64,000 nucleotides of DNA from a virus. Position 1 is the stretch's first letter, and each line of letters begins with the position of its first letter. The notes beneath the pieces are model-generated. The model ran no database searches. It was not told where the DNA came from and saw nothing but the letters and a program-made list of their open reading frames with translations. A program made the position numbers and the translations under genes. Positions 27,378 to 37,259 of this stretch are shown here, one piece after another. The stretch lies in the IMG/VR virus record IMGVR_UViG_3300025707_000004, one strand, 5' to 3'.

Positions 27378-27838
27378 CCGGACAGCAGCTCGTTGAGAAC
27401 GAGCTTGTCGGGGTGCGTGGTCTCGAAGCCGTCTGCGAAGAAGGCTACGGTAATCCGGTCCGGCTGTAGCCAGCTGAGTACCTCGTCCATGTGCGTGGCG
27501 GGCGAGATACAGAGGATGCGCTCTCCGGGGTGAAGCGTTGCCACTTGGGCCAGCCTTGCGGCGACTGGCGTTGAGTGACCGCTCACCCGAGCGTTTCGCA
27601 AGCAGACTTCCCATCCGCGTGCGTTCAGCCTCTGTAGGAAGCTGGTCTGGGCTCCAGGGCGTATGCGAGTGGTTACGCCCCAAACAGGTTCTGTGTGGTC
27701 TGGTCCGAAGACCTTGTCTTGTGCGGCTTTTACGAGGTCGCCGTAGTCAAGTCTTGCCTGGCTGTACCGGGGCTCCAGACGTTTGATGTCCTGCCATGCG
27801 TAATAAAGCGCGCTCAGATCAACTAATGTTTTCAACAC
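27365..27838 (-). CDS. NYN/LabA (PIN-like) fold protein, probably degenerate
   Basis: LVD..., LDYGDL, FLQRLNARGWEV pattern; acidic catalytic residues incomplete. Confidence 0.4.
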   Translation of the reverse strand: MLKTLVDLSALYYAWQDIKRLEPRYSQARLDYGDLVKAAQDKVFGPDHTEPVWGVTTRIRPGAQTSFLQRLNARGWEVCLRNARVSGHSTPVAARLAQVATLHPGERILCISPATHMDEVLSWLQPDRITVAFFADGFETTHPDKLVLNELLSGCTA

Positions 27839-27877
27839 CTCCCTTTACAGAGTGGGGGTAACTCGGTCCTAACCAGC

Positions 27878-28010
27878 GCTCTTATACCGTGTAACCCCCT
27901 CTTTTTGTACTACATGATGTACACCCCGGTTCGTCGGAAACCCCCGCGGTTATTAGCCGCTAATACCAACGTGTATATCAGGGCAGATGGCGGGGGCTTA
28001 TTGGTATAAG
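27878..28010. promoter_or_regulatory. Divergent pair of N18-spaced ATAAG promoter-like motifs flanking a palindrome
   Basis: - strand 27881-27908 (ACAAA variant); + strand 27983-28010 (GCAGA); palindrome at 27951 between them. Confidence 0.65.
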
Positions 28011-28056
28011 CCGTTTGTACCCAGAAGGTTAGTACACCCCAGGAAAAGGGATACAG

Positions 28057-28905
28057 ATGCGTAACAAAGTTCTAGTTACTCCCGCCACGTTGGAGAGTGA
28101 CGACGCTTTCGGGCAGTTTTTCGCAATGGCGGCAGCGCTGAATGGCATCGCCGTTCCGGCGGAGGGAATCGAGGCAACCATCACTGCTCGTATGGGCGGG
28201 CAGAACGTGGATGTGCTGGAGGTGCTGAGTGCCATGGTGCTCCAGCAGGCGACGCCGGCCACCACCACACCCGACAACTCGGTCCCGGCGTTTGAGCACA
28301 CCCCGCGCCTCGACGGCGAGGGTATTGTCCCGCCCCCGGCTATCGAAGTGCCGCAGCGGACAGACCTCCCGGTGCTGATCGACCCGGACGGCCAACTGAA
28401 CGGCCCGTTGCTCATGCTCACGGCCAACCAGTACCACAGGCTGCACGAGCGCATGCGTAACCTCAGCCCCATCGTTCCGGGCGTGGAGGAACTGCGTGCC
28501 AGCGTGGTCCGCCTTGTGGAGGACCTCACTACCAAGGCGCTCCACGCAAAGCTGGCCAATCTCCGAGACCCTTTGCTGGCGATGCTGCAGCAGTTGGACA
28601 CGGGCGTCCGTATGACCGCGGGCGAATCCGTCCAGGGCCTTACACGTGGGCAGACACGTACACACCTGGAGGAAACCCTCCCAGGACTTCGGGAGCAGAT
28701 GGAGGAACAGCGCGCCAGCTATATGGAGGTGCACCGCATGTTCAGTGATGGTTTCGTCAACGCTCGCGTGGACGAGATGTTCGAGGTGCGAACGGAGACG
28801 GAGGAGGTAGTCGACCCAGACAGCGGCGACACCGTTACGAACGTGCTGAGGACCCTGTTGGCCCTCGGAGGCGCTCGTGGGGAGTCACACCATGCCGCAG
28901 AGTAG
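28057..28905 (+). CDS. Hypothetical protein
   Basis: ORF downstream of the promoter motif. Confidence 0.65.
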   Translation: MRNKVLVTPATLESDDAFGQFFAMAAALNGIAVPAEGIEATITARMGGQNVDVLEVLSAMVLQQATPATTTPDNSVPAFEHTPRLDGEGIVPPPAIEVPQRTDLPVLIDPDGQLNGPLLMLTANQYHRLHERMRNLSPIVPGVEELRASVVRLVEDLTTKALHAKLANLRDPLLAMLQQLDTGVRMTAGESVQGLTRGQTRTHLEETLPGLREQMEEQRASYMEVHRMFSDGFVNARVDEMFEVRTETEEVVDPDSGDTVTNVLRTLLALGGARGESHHAAE

Positions 28906-29707
28906 ACAGGACCGCCGCCTCCTCGACAGCGGCGCCGTCTTCGGCGCAACGCGCTATGCGTGGGGCAACCATGTCCGTGGTGTCGTCGCCCCGGAGACGC
29001 TACGAGCGCTCTGCCTTCAGCTTGGTGACACGGTGGGGCGGGGCGTGTACGTGTACATACTCGCGCACCTGCTCTCGCGGAAGTACCCGGTACTCACCCC
29101 ACTGGTCACGCGTGTGATGCCCAACTTCCACGGGGCAGTGGATAGTCGGGCCACACAGAAGGGAAGTACGCTGATCGTCCACAGCAACCGTACGTTTCTC
29201 CCAAGTGGCCCTGAAGGCATGGTTCACCGGCAGGAGTGGGGGGTGTGTGTCCAGGTGCATGACATGTGGCGCCCGTGGGAGCTGCCGCACCACCGGAAGA
29301 TGCTGACGTCCTGGTGGGACCCGGCGACAATGTGGGTCAGGCAGGAGTATGAGATTGAAATCGACGAGGAGGAAGGGGAGTCAGAGGAAGGACTCGAAGA
29401 CGAGGATACCCCGCGCGCACGGGAGCAGCTCCGCCGCGCACGGGTGCAGCGGGTCCGGCAGGACGCCGCCGAACGACTCCAGTTCGTGAACAACAGGCTG
29501 GCTCTCGTCCCGGTGGAGGGCACTGGAACCTACGCAGACATCGCGTACGAATATATGCACTGCTTGGAGCAGGGCTTCGGGCGTGAGCGCGCGTACCTGC
29601 ATCTGATGTCGCTGCTTCGTCCGGTTCATATGGTCTCCTCGAAAACGGAGGCCCCGGAGCAGCGGCTGGCGTACTGTGCCAACACGATGAACGGCAAGTG
29701 GTGGTAA
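28892..29707 (+). CDS. Hypothetical protein
   Basis: GGAG RBS; followed by a hairpin. Confidence 0.6.
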   Translation: MPQSRQDRRLLDSGAVFGATRYAWGNHVRGVVAPETLRALCLQLGDTVGRGVYVYILAHLLSRKYPVLTPLVTRVMPNFHGAVDSRATQKGSTLIVHSNRTFLPSGPEGMVHRQEWGVCVQVHDMWRPWELPHHRKMLTSWWDPATMWVRQEYEIEIDEEEGESEEGLEDEDTPRAREQLRRARVQRVRQDAAERLQFVNNRLALVPVEGTGTYADIAYEYMHCLEQGFGRERAYLHLMSLLRPVHMVSSKTEAPEQRLAYCANTMNGKWW

Positions 29708-29817
29708 CACCGCGGCCGTAAAAAGTGGAGGGGGCGGGGGACCCCCTCTCTTTTTATCTAGCAATCTTGTACAGAATGATATACTGCTGAGGGACCGTAG
29801 GAGGAAGCCAAGCGCTT

Positions 29818-30054
29818 ATGGTTCAGGAGACGATCTGGAGGTACGAGGCGAACCGTCGCGGCAAGGCTGCGGCGGCGGAGAACAAGATTGGGCCTTATAC
29901 CGTGCTGGAGGAACAGCTCACTCGTATCCGCTTACTGCGGATTTTCGCCTGCAATGACTACGACGCGTGTTTGACATACGCCGCCAGGAAGAACTGGGAT
30001 TCGTTCACCTGTCGCGGCTGCAAGAAAGCTGAGGTACTGCGTGGCATCTCGTAA
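29818..30054 (+). CDS. Small Cys-rich (Zn-binding?) protein
   Basis: GGAGG RBS; C..YDAC and CRGC. Confidence 0.6.
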   Translation: MVQETIWRYEANRRGKAAAAENKIGPYTVLEEQLTRIRLLRIFACNDYDACLTYAARKNWDSFTCRGCKKAEVLRGIS

Positions 30055-30802
30055 GAAGCCCAAGCCTGAAGAGGCTGCGGCCCCTGTGACTGTGGCCACC
30101 CTGAAGGAGCGGGCTAGAAAGGCCGAACCGGTTGTCCCGGCTGCAGCTCCGGTTGAGTCCCCGACGTCACGACCACTCTCTCCACAGATGCGAAGCACCA
30201 TCCAGGGGTACGCTCGTGATGCTGCGGCATTGGAGGCCGAGCCCGAAGATGATGGTCGCGTGGACCTGGGGGAGATTCCCGAGGAGGTCAAGAAGGCGCG
30301 GGAAGAGGAAGAGAAGGAGAAGGACACCAGCACCGTCGTGTACTCGTACACTGCGTACGACCGACCAGAGGTGCGTAAGCAGGTCGAGGCACGTTGCGAG
30401 GACCTGGGCGACTTCTCGGACCTCCTGACCAGTGGTCGGGTGATTCAGCAGGTGCCGATTCTTAGCGAGCGGCTCGATGTCGTTTATCAGTCGCTAATAG
30501 GCTCCGAGACGTGGTTCGCCCAGCGGGTGGCTATGACTCGCTACCCGCGCGGTCGTGAGGCACAGACCTGGAACGGCTACGCACGTCTCGCGCTGGCGGT
30601 CATGGCCATCAACGGTGCTGAGTACCCCCCGGCCTACAACGAGAAGAAGGAGCTGGATGAGCAACTGCTTGCCGCTCGTGTCGAGCAATTCCTGAAGTTG
30701 CCTGAGCACCTCATCAATCTGATGCTGGTCAACCTGGGTTGGTTCGATGACCGCGTCGAGCAGCTGTTCAAGGACGACTTCGACCTCCTAAAAAATGGAT
30801 AA
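30041..30802 (+). CDS. Putative tail assembly chaperone (G-like)
   Basis: Ends in slippery A AAA AAT; helical C-terminal domain. Confidence 0.5.
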   Translation: MASRKKPKPEEAAAPVTVATLKERARKAEPVVPAAAPVESPTSRPLSPQMRSTIQGYARDAAALEAEPEDDGRVDLGEIPEEVKKAREEEEKEKDTSTVVYSYTAYDRPEVRKQVEARCEDLGDFSDLLTSGRVIQQVPILSERLDVVYQSLIGSETWFAQRVAMTRYPRGREAQTWNGYARLALAVMAINGAEYPPAYNEKKELDEQLLAARVEQFLKLPEHLINLMLVNLGWFDDRVEQLFKDDFDLLKNG

Positions 30803-31110
30803 GGTCTCCCTTGGGATGGCACCGGGCCAACCTCCTATTTGACACGATAGGGGAGCCCCCGGAGCCCGGCTCACTGAGGGAGGCCGCGTGTGTCGTTGTG
30901 CAGCGGTACAGGTGGGAGCAGGAGTACTACAAGACCTGCGTACTTGCCGCGGCCGGCGACAAGAGTGCGCAACAGGAGTTCTTGGGAGAGTATCGTTCCG
31001 CGTTGCTCCCCTTCTTGACAGACATTAAGAAGCAGGTTGAGGGACGGATGCAGACAGCCATGACTAGAGCGTTTGCTCAAGGGCCCATCCGAATTCGGAG
31101 GACAGAATGA
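30790..31110 (+). CDS. -1 frame extension (T-like) of the tail chaperone
   Basis: Open in the -1 frame from the slippery site; no strong start of its own. Confidence 0.5.
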   Translation, partial: KKWIRSPLGWHRANLLFDTIGEPPEPGSLREAACVVVQRYRWEQEYYKTCVLAAAGDKSAQQEFLGEYRSALLPFLTDIKKQVEGRMQTAMTRAFAQGPIRIRRTE

Positions 31111-31478
31111 GCGAAGAAGCTGGGATCTACCCCCGCGCCTTGATGGTCATCGGCGTGGGCAGGACTCGTATCTACATTGACGAGGATGGAAACCCCGACC
31201 AGACAGAGGTGGCCACACTGACGTTGATGACTGCGCCTGATGGTGAGGTCTTCGACATTCCCGTGGAGGTGGACATCGCCGAGACGGTGGACGCGGTGTT
31301 GGCGAGCTTCGCACTACCAGAGATGGAAGAGACGCCCCCAATGTCGCCCCAGGCGGCTGCGGAGGTACTGGGGGGTAACCATGCCGCGCCGCCGCAAGCT
31401 CGCCGGGAGAGAGTTCCTCAGGCAGCAGGCGCGCAGAGGACACAAAGCGACGGTTCTCCAAAGGTCCCGCAGTTCTAG
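31107..31478 (+). CDS. Hypothetical protein
   Basis: GGAGG RBS, ATGA overlap. Confidence 0.6.
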   Translation: MSEEAGIYPRALMVIGVGRTRIYIDEDGNPDQTEVATLTLMTAPDGEVFDIPVEVDIAETVDAVLASFALPEMEETPPMSPQAAAEVLGGNHAAPPQARRERVPQAAGAQRTQSDGSPKVPQF

Positions 31479-31863
31479 GGAGTTTTGGACGTGCGGAGTG
31501 TGCTTCAAGCGGACGGTCAGCCTGACCTACGGGGCGAGATGCTCTCGATGCCGGTCAATCGCGCCCCCGCGCGTCCACGTTACGTGGCTCCAGAATGTGT
31601 GGCAGCGCGGAAGACCAACAACGGTAGGGGCGACACTCTACCGCACGACACGTCGGGGCTTAGTACTAGCCAAGCTGGCTTCGTCCATCGGGACCGCGGT
31701 GAGGAAAACGTACAGACACCCAGTCTATTCTCGCGACGTGTTGTGGGAGACCCGGGTAGTTCCTACGCCCTTCAGGAAGACCGAACGCTGGTGGGTGGTC
31801 GCCTTCATGGACGGGTACAGGTACTCGGGTTGGATGCACCCGGGAGTAGAAGTAAGGAGGCCG

Positions 31864-32046
31864 TTGGACTCGCTGATGACGTACATAGGTAGAAAGAAGA
31901 TGTTCCAGGTGCGTTTGCCCGAGGAGCTACACCGCTGGCTGAAGGGCTACGCGGCCAAGCACGGAGTCAGCATGACAGAGGTGATGGTCACGTACGTGGA
32001 GAGCCTCAAGGAGAAAGAGGACAGCATGTCCGTGAAGCAACTATGA
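31864..32046 (+). CDS. Ribbon-helix-helix (Arc-like) DNA-binding protein
   Basis: FQVRLPEELHRWLKGYAAKHGVSMTEVM; AAGGAGG RBS; may be the C-terminus of a longer ORF. Confidence 0.7.
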   Translation: MDSLMTYIGRKKMFQVRLPEELHRWLKGYAAKHGVSMTEVMVTYVESLKEKEDSMSVKQL

Positions 32047-32579
32047 ATCAAACAACGTCCACGTATGACTGGCCGCCCTCGTCTTTGGGCGTGATTGAGC
32101 TGGTCCACGCGGCCCTGGAGAAGGAACTCCTACAGCTTGTCCTCCGCCCAGGTATCGGCATCGAGGCCACCTGGAAGCCCGAGGGGATGGAAGACACCCA
32201 GATGGGTCTTGCCGGGGACCGGGAGGACGTAGGCGCTGCCTTCAGTCGGCTGAGCTTGAAGGAGGTGCGCCCGGGTATGAACCAGCACGCGCTGGCCAAC
32301 ATCGCCGGAGCGTTTCTTCACTTGTCAACTCAGGGGCTCGTGCCTACGTTCATCGTATGCTCTTCGCTTGAGCGCTTCCGAGAGTGGGTGGGGATGCCGG
32401 ACATGGTGGCCCTGCCCCCCGTGGGTGGAGTGACGGACGACAAGAACTTCATGAACGTGCGCCTTCGCCAAATCGAGGAGAGGCACGTCCCGCCAGACCG
32501 AGCAGTGGTATTCGGGGCGCGGCTGACGTCCTCATCGATTTCCGAATCCCGCGCAGGCGCCGTGCTGTTGTACGAATGA
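32043..32579 (+). CDS. Hypothetical protein
   Basis: ATGA overlap. Confidence 0.6.
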   Translation: MNQTTSTYDWPPSSLGVIELVHAALEKELLQLVLRPGIGIEATWKPEGMEDTQMGLAGDREDVGAAFSRLSLKEVRPGMNQHALANIAGAFLHLSTQGLVPTFIVCSSLERFREWVGMPDMVALPPVGGVTDDKNFMNVRLRQIEERHVPPDRAVVFGARLTSSSISESRAGAVLLYE

Positions 32580-33358
32580 AGCGCCGAGTAGATCACCTTC
32601 GAGAAACACAGGAGCAAGCAATGGAACGGCTTGTGTTGGAAATGCGGCAGTCGCTGGAAGCGATGCCGGGTGTGGGCGAAGAGCCCTTTATCGAGTACCT
32701 GCAGGGCGGTGTCCGCCACGACACGGCGTTTGCGCTCATGCGGGTGTTCGACAACGGGCGATGGGAGCAAATGCTGGAGCTGCTCCTCAACTTCGACTCG
32801 GGGTACGGCCTCAACTTCAAAATCTGCCAGCGATTCATGGTGAAGGAGGGGAAGCTCGGCTTTTTGTGGGAGGTGACCATCCAAGGCGCTGTTCTGCAGG
32901 AGGCTATCTACTCCTTCCGCGCCATCCTGATGGCCTGCGTGCATGAGCTGTGGCTGACGGCGCAACCGTCGACCACGCTACCCATTCAGGACCGCGTGCG
33001 CATCGTGGCGGCGCAGCTGAAGGCGACGGGTCAGCCTCCCTTGGAAGCGGCGGCCATCGCAGCGGCCCCTGAGCTGGACCACCTGCCCATCGATGAGGTT
33101 GAGGCCATCATTGAGGAGAACAGCACCGCTGACGCCCCAGCCCAGCCGGTCAAGACGCGGCGTCCGGCACGGTCTAGGAAGGCGCTGGGGGTGCCCAACC
33201 TCCCCCGCAGTGGCGAGGACAAGCTCGGGGTCATCCCTGATGGGGCGACGACCGCAGACGGGAAGGGCTACTCAATTAAGCTCCCGCAGCCACAGCCAGA
33301 GAAGTGGAACGAGCACGTGGGTCCGGTGGGCGGTAGCCGCAGGGGTACGCGGCGATGA
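32576..33358 (+). CDS. Hypothetical protein
   Basis: ATGA overlap. Confidence 0.6.
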   Translation: MKRRVDHLRETQEQAMERLVLEMRQSLEAMPGVGEEPFIEYLQGGVRHDTAFALMRVFDNGRWEQMLELLLNFDSGYGLNFKICQRFMVKEGKLGFLWEVTIQGAVLQEAIYSFRAILMACVHELWLTAQPSTTLPIQDRVRIVAAQLKATGQPPLEAAAIAAAPELDHLPIDEVEAIIEENSTADAPAQPVKTRRPARSRKALGVPNLPRSGEDKLGVIPDGATTADGKGYSIKLPQPQPEKWNEHVGPVGGSRRGTRR

Positions 33359-34050
33359 AAATCTTCGGGGCAGGCGCCAGCGATGAGATGGCCGCCATCA
33401 AGCTGATGTTCCCTGACCCTGTCGAGAAAGCGACGTGGGCACTGCAGGTGAACTACCTGCACCGAGGGCCACTGACCAACCCGTTCATGGGTGTGCAGAT
33501 TTGGAAGAAGTCTGCCAAGGGCTTCGGGTTCAGCGACGAGCTGGTGCGTTGGTGTGCCGTGGATGGCTGTCTGGGCCACAGCGCCATGCAGAGCCTCGAC
33601 CTGACGCCGGAAGAGGACAAGGCCATCACGGAACTCGGCGCGTTTACTGCGCCCGAGAAGTGGCCCGCGTCAGCGCGCATGCGGCTGCACACGTACATGG
33701 CGGGGGAGACAGCCTGCCCCAAGTGCTTCGCCAAGGCTGTGTGGCGTGAGCTGCCTGACTCGGTGGGGTACAGCCTGCCCCTTGAGCAGCTGGCAGATGC
33801 CCTGGCTCGACACTGGGATGCCTTGGAGGGTGACGCGGACCTGTACCTCGTCAAGGAGAAGAAGCTGAACGGGATGCAGATTGCTCGTCGTGAGATGAAC
33901 ACCCGCGATGACTGGCTGCCCGAGTACAAGGCCAAGCTCGAAGAGGCCCGTGACCGAGAACAGGTCTACTACCAGCGAGCCCGAATCATCAAGGACACTG
34001 CGGCAGGTAAGTCGGTGTCGTCCGCTATCCTGGCGCTGCTGAGAGCATGA
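33355..34050 (+). CDS. Hypothetical protein with Cys pairs
   Basis: CAVDGC and CPKC. Confidence 0.6.
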   Translation: MKIFGAGASDEMAAIKLMFPDPVEKATWALQVNYLHRGPLTNPFMGVQIWKKSAKGFGFSDELVRWCAVDGCLGHSAMQSLDLTPEEDKAITELGAFTAPEKWPASARMRLHTYMAGETACPKCFAKAVWRELPDSVGYSLPLEQLADALARHWDALEGDADLYLVKEKKLNGMQIARREMNTRDDWLPEYKAKLEEARDREQVYYQRARIIKDTAAGKSVSSAILALLRA

Positions 34051-34382
34051 TGAAGACCCTCAAAGAAATCGTTGAAGAGCTGGAGATACGTCGGTCAGCA
34101 GTTCGGGCGTGGGAGAGCCTGATTGGTGTTCTGCAGACGAAGATTCATCAGGGCGGCGTCCCAGCCTCAGTGCCCGTAGACCAGATAGGCACAGGCTACA
34201 TGCCCCCGCCCCTGCAGATGCTCCCTATTCACGACGCGCCATTCCTGTTGGCTAGCGTGCTCCCGCACCTGAAGGCCGCGAAGGCGGCGTTGGCGGAGAT
34301 GGAGGAGATGGAGTTCGACATTGAAGAAGAAGCGGCGGAAGACAAGCAAGGCGACGAAGCGGCGGGAGAAGAAAGTGAGTGA
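34047..34382 (+). CDS. Hypothetical protein
   Basis: ATGA overlap. Confidence 0.55.
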   Translation: MMKTLKEIVEELEIRRSAVRAWESLIGVLQTKIHQGGVPASVPVDQIGTGYMPPPLQMLPIHDAPFLLASVLPHLKAAKAALAEMEEMEFDIEEEAAEDKQGDEAAGEESE

Positions 34383-34887
34383 CAAGGGGTACGAGGGGCC
34401 TGTCTCCATTTCGGAGGAGCGCGCTCTCGCGATGATCGCGAACAAGAACGAGGAGCCCGCCGTTCGCCTGGAGCTGATGGCAAGCTACATCCTCAACCTG
34501 CACCACGCCAAACTGGAGCTGTACCAGAAGCAGGCAGTGCTTGAGGGCAGGTTGGCGGCCCTCGCTAGGGCACACATCGCGGGTGACGAGGAAGCCTTCA
34601 AAGCGCTGATGGCGGACACCAAGTCGTTCCTCGGCCTCTCTGCTATGGCCCCCATCCATTACTGGCGCTTCGTTGAGGGCGCGAGCCCGGTGGACTGCGT
34701 GGAGGACAAACTCAGTGAGGTGGAGCAGACCCAGCTCGCCCAGAGCATGCTGGCCGCGGCTGCGGACGATGACCTCGAAGAAGAGGGCTGCAAGTTGGAG
34801 GGTGAGTGCAAGACCCCGAACCGCTGCACGATGCAGCAGCAGTGCCTTGGCGCGGTTGTATTAGCGGCTAATAATCCGGGTAACTAA
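34375..34887 (+). CDS. Hypothetical protein with C-terminal Cys cluster
   Basis: GTG start overlapping the upstream stop. Confidence 0.55.
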   Translation: MSDKGYEGPVSISEERALAMIANKNEEPAVRLELMASYILNLHHAKLELYQKQAVLEGRLAALARAHIAGDEEAFKALMADTKSFLGLSAMAPIHYWRFVEGASPVDCVEDKLSEVEQTQLAQSMLAAAADDDLEEEGCKLEGECKTPNRCTMQQQCLGAVVLAANNPGN

Positions 34888-35190
34888 GAAACGCGAGGAG
34901 TCGCGCTCTCAGCGGGGCGAGGCCGCCCCACGTCAAGGTTTGGATCAGCTTCGGGCGCACTCGATGCACATCCCCATTTTTGGTCTTGGGGTCCTCTAGG
35001 CTACTAGGGCAGCTTCAGCTCGATCTTGAGTTCGAGGAAGCGGCCGTAGTCGTATTCCGTGATTTTCTCGGTCACGGTCTCGGTCGCCCAATCGGCGAGC
35101 CAGGGGATTGCGTACTGGAGAATAGCCAGTCCGATGTACTTGAGCATTTCCTTAGCGATCAGAAGCATGTGAACTCTTTTCTTGTATCGA

Positions 35191-36192
35191 TCAGGCCGCC
35201 CGGGTTGGGGCGACCAGTTGGTCTACACGAGAAGGGAGCGCATGCGAGAGCAGCCGTTGGCTGATGTTCAGGAAGTCGAAATCGTCTCCGACGCTGTCAT
35301 CCGTCTGACGGAGACAGGAGAGGTGGTGATTGTGCCGGAGGGTCGGGTGCTTGCCGGGGGTGAAGACCCGATTCCAGGCGTTGAACAGCATCGGAGCCAC
35401 CCAGCCGAGCATCGCCCCGCTGGGAGTGGTGAAGCAGCTGTAACGAAAGGTCGCCCGCTCGGCGTCAGCATCCCAGGCGACGATGCTGGGGAACACGAAG
35501 GTCGGTGTCCGCAACACGAACTGGTCCATCAGGACCTTCGCGTTCACCTCTGTGGGGCTGTCCCGCAATAACGCGTGGGCCGAACCGACCACATTAGGGC
35601 GGCACACAGAGCTGAAGAGGGACCAGTACGTGCGAGACAGGACCTCGCGGGTCACCGTGACCTGCTGGTCGAACCAGCCGCCTAGGCGGAACTCGGTTCC
35701 CTCAACCGTGGGGAGATCCCAACACATCGTGGCGTGAGTGGGCCAAGTGTCCCTGGACGTAGGCCCCATGGCATCGAGTACGTCAAGAGGCCAGTCGGAG
35801 CAGTACGGCGTGGTCGGCGCGAAGCTGTCCAGCAGCTTGTCGGTGGCATCACGCATGTCTGCCGCGGAAGCGGGATTGATGCTCCCCGTCGCGTAGAGCA
35901 ACCGTGTGCGCTCTTCGCCTTCTGCGTCCTCCCAGGCTGAGTTCAGCCAGAAGCGGATACCGTCAAGAGTAATCCCAGCCCCGGTCTCTGTAGCGAGGAG
36001 CTGTGCGACGCGGGCGTTTAGGCAGCCCGCAGATATCAGGGTGCTTGCAGGCGCACCACTCCGCCAACGACGTAGGGAGTAGTGCGCGCAGGACTGGTCC
36101 CGGTGGAAGGAGAGCCGGATACTCGATCCAGTACCACACTTGATGTTGAAGGAATTGCGGGTGCTGGAGCGGACGACGATAGTCGGGGGCAT
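35191..36192 (-). CDS. Hypothetical protein
   Basis: GAGG RBS; promoter motif at 36238-36265 upstream. Confidence 0.6.
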   Translation of the reverse strand: MPPTIVVRSSTRNSFNIKCGTGSSIRLSFHRDQSCAHYSLRRWRSGAPASTLISAGCLNARVAQLLATETGAGITLDGIRFWLNSAWEDAEGEERTRLLYATGSINPASAADMRDATDKLLDSFAPTTPYCSDWPLDVLDAMGPTSRDTWPTHATMCWDLPTVEGTEFRLGGWFDQQVTVTREVLSRTYWSLFSSVCRPNVVGSAHALLRDSPTEVNAKVLMDQFVLRTPTFVFPSIVAWDADAERATFRYSCFTTPSGAMLGWVAPMLFNAWNRVFTPGKHPTLRHNHHLSCLRQTDDSVGDDFDFLNISQRLLSHALPSRVDQLVAPTRAA

Positions 36193-36256
36193 GAGGTCCT
36201 CGTAGTAAGAAGTATCTAGGGCTCCCCTAGCATTGGGCTTATACCCAAGCAGGCGG

Positions 36257-36523
36257 CTACTTTGCGTAGGGGCCGGGAGAGTCTTTGAGGAAGTATTGAA
36301 CGCATTGGCTACACATGCCCGAGCCGTCGCTCCAAAACAGCTGGTAGCTACCCTCGGGGGTCTCGGGAGGGATGGCGCAGCCACAGCTGGTGCAGGTGAG
36401 CCTCTTACGATGTGCGCTCGACCCTGGCTTGCGCGGGTCGCGTGAGCAGGCTACCTCAGCCCGCAGCACTTTGCCGCGTGGGCTAAGGCGGGTCTTGTAT
36501 GGGCTCTCCGGCATATCGGTCAT
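36257..36523 (-). CDS. Zn-ribbon protein
   Basis: CTSC and CSQC. Confidence 0.5.
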   Translation of the reverse strand: MTDMPESPYKTRLSPRGKVLRAEVACSRDPRKPGSSAHRKRLTCTSCGCAIPPETPEGSYQLFWSDGSGMCSQCVQYFLKDSPGPYAK

Positions 36524-36942
36524 TCGGGCAAGAGGTACGTTTCCAGCTTCTCCCGCAACCAAGCACTCCAGTAGACCCCGGCAGTCTTGCCGAGAGGCTG
36601 GCTCATGAAGTAGGCGAGCCCCTCGCTATGTAGCCCGGCGGTGTAGAAGAGCACCTTCAGTTCGTCCTGGGAGAAGCCGAAGTCATCCGGAGCAATCTGC
36701 CAGAAAGCGAGCCCGGCGTCATTGGCTACTTCGCCACAGGACTCCTTGTGGCGGTTGTACGCGAATTGAACAACCCCCTCGTACTCGTAGTCGTCATCGA
36801 GGTCGTCTTCGTCCGGCTCGGGGTCATTGAAGAGCATCCCAGCCTCGTTCATGAACCAGTAGTACTCCGCCAGCTCCTCCAGGAGCGCGAGGACGCGACC
36901 ACGCCAGTTGGGCTCGTACTTGGGCTGCTTTTTGCCCACCAT
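36520..36942 (-). CDS. Hypothetical acidic protein
   Basis: ORF with coupled stop/start. Confidence 0.6.
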   Translation of the reverse strand: MVGKKQPKYEPNWRGRVLALLEELAEYYWFMNEAGMLFNDPEPDEDDLDDDYEYEGVVQFAYNRHKESCGEVANDAGLAFWQIAPDDFGFSQDELKVLFYTAGLHSEGLAYFMSQPLGKTAGVYWSAWLREKLETYLLPE

Positions 36943-36971
36943 GTGTTTTTGTCCGCGTGTTAGGGTTTTGG

Positions 36972-37259
36972 ATGTCTAAGAAATCGAAACGTGAGGAGCT
37001 GGAACGGAAGCTCGCCGGCAGTACACCCGCCGAGCGTCCCGCAAGGCTGTCAATCGAGGAGCGTCGGGCAGAGTCTAGCCATCCCGTAGCCGGACGAAGG
37101 CGTAAGCCCCCAGGGCTCTTCCCGCTCTCGCGTATGGGGCAGAAGTGCAGCTCATGCGCGTGGTACCTGGGTAACAAAGCCCACGTGCACCGCGGGGTGT
37201 GCGAGAAGTTCAAATATCAGGTCGGTGCTATGCTGGTCTGTGATGAATGGGAAGATTAA
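36972..37259 (+). CDS. Small protein with HiPIP-like Cys pattern
   Basis: CSSCAWY...GVC...VCDEW. Confidence 0.5.
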   Translation: MSKKSKREELERKLAGSTPAERPARLSIEERRAESSHPVAGRRRKPPGLFPLSRMGQKCSSCAWYLGNKAHVHRGVCEKFKYQVGAMLVCDEWED

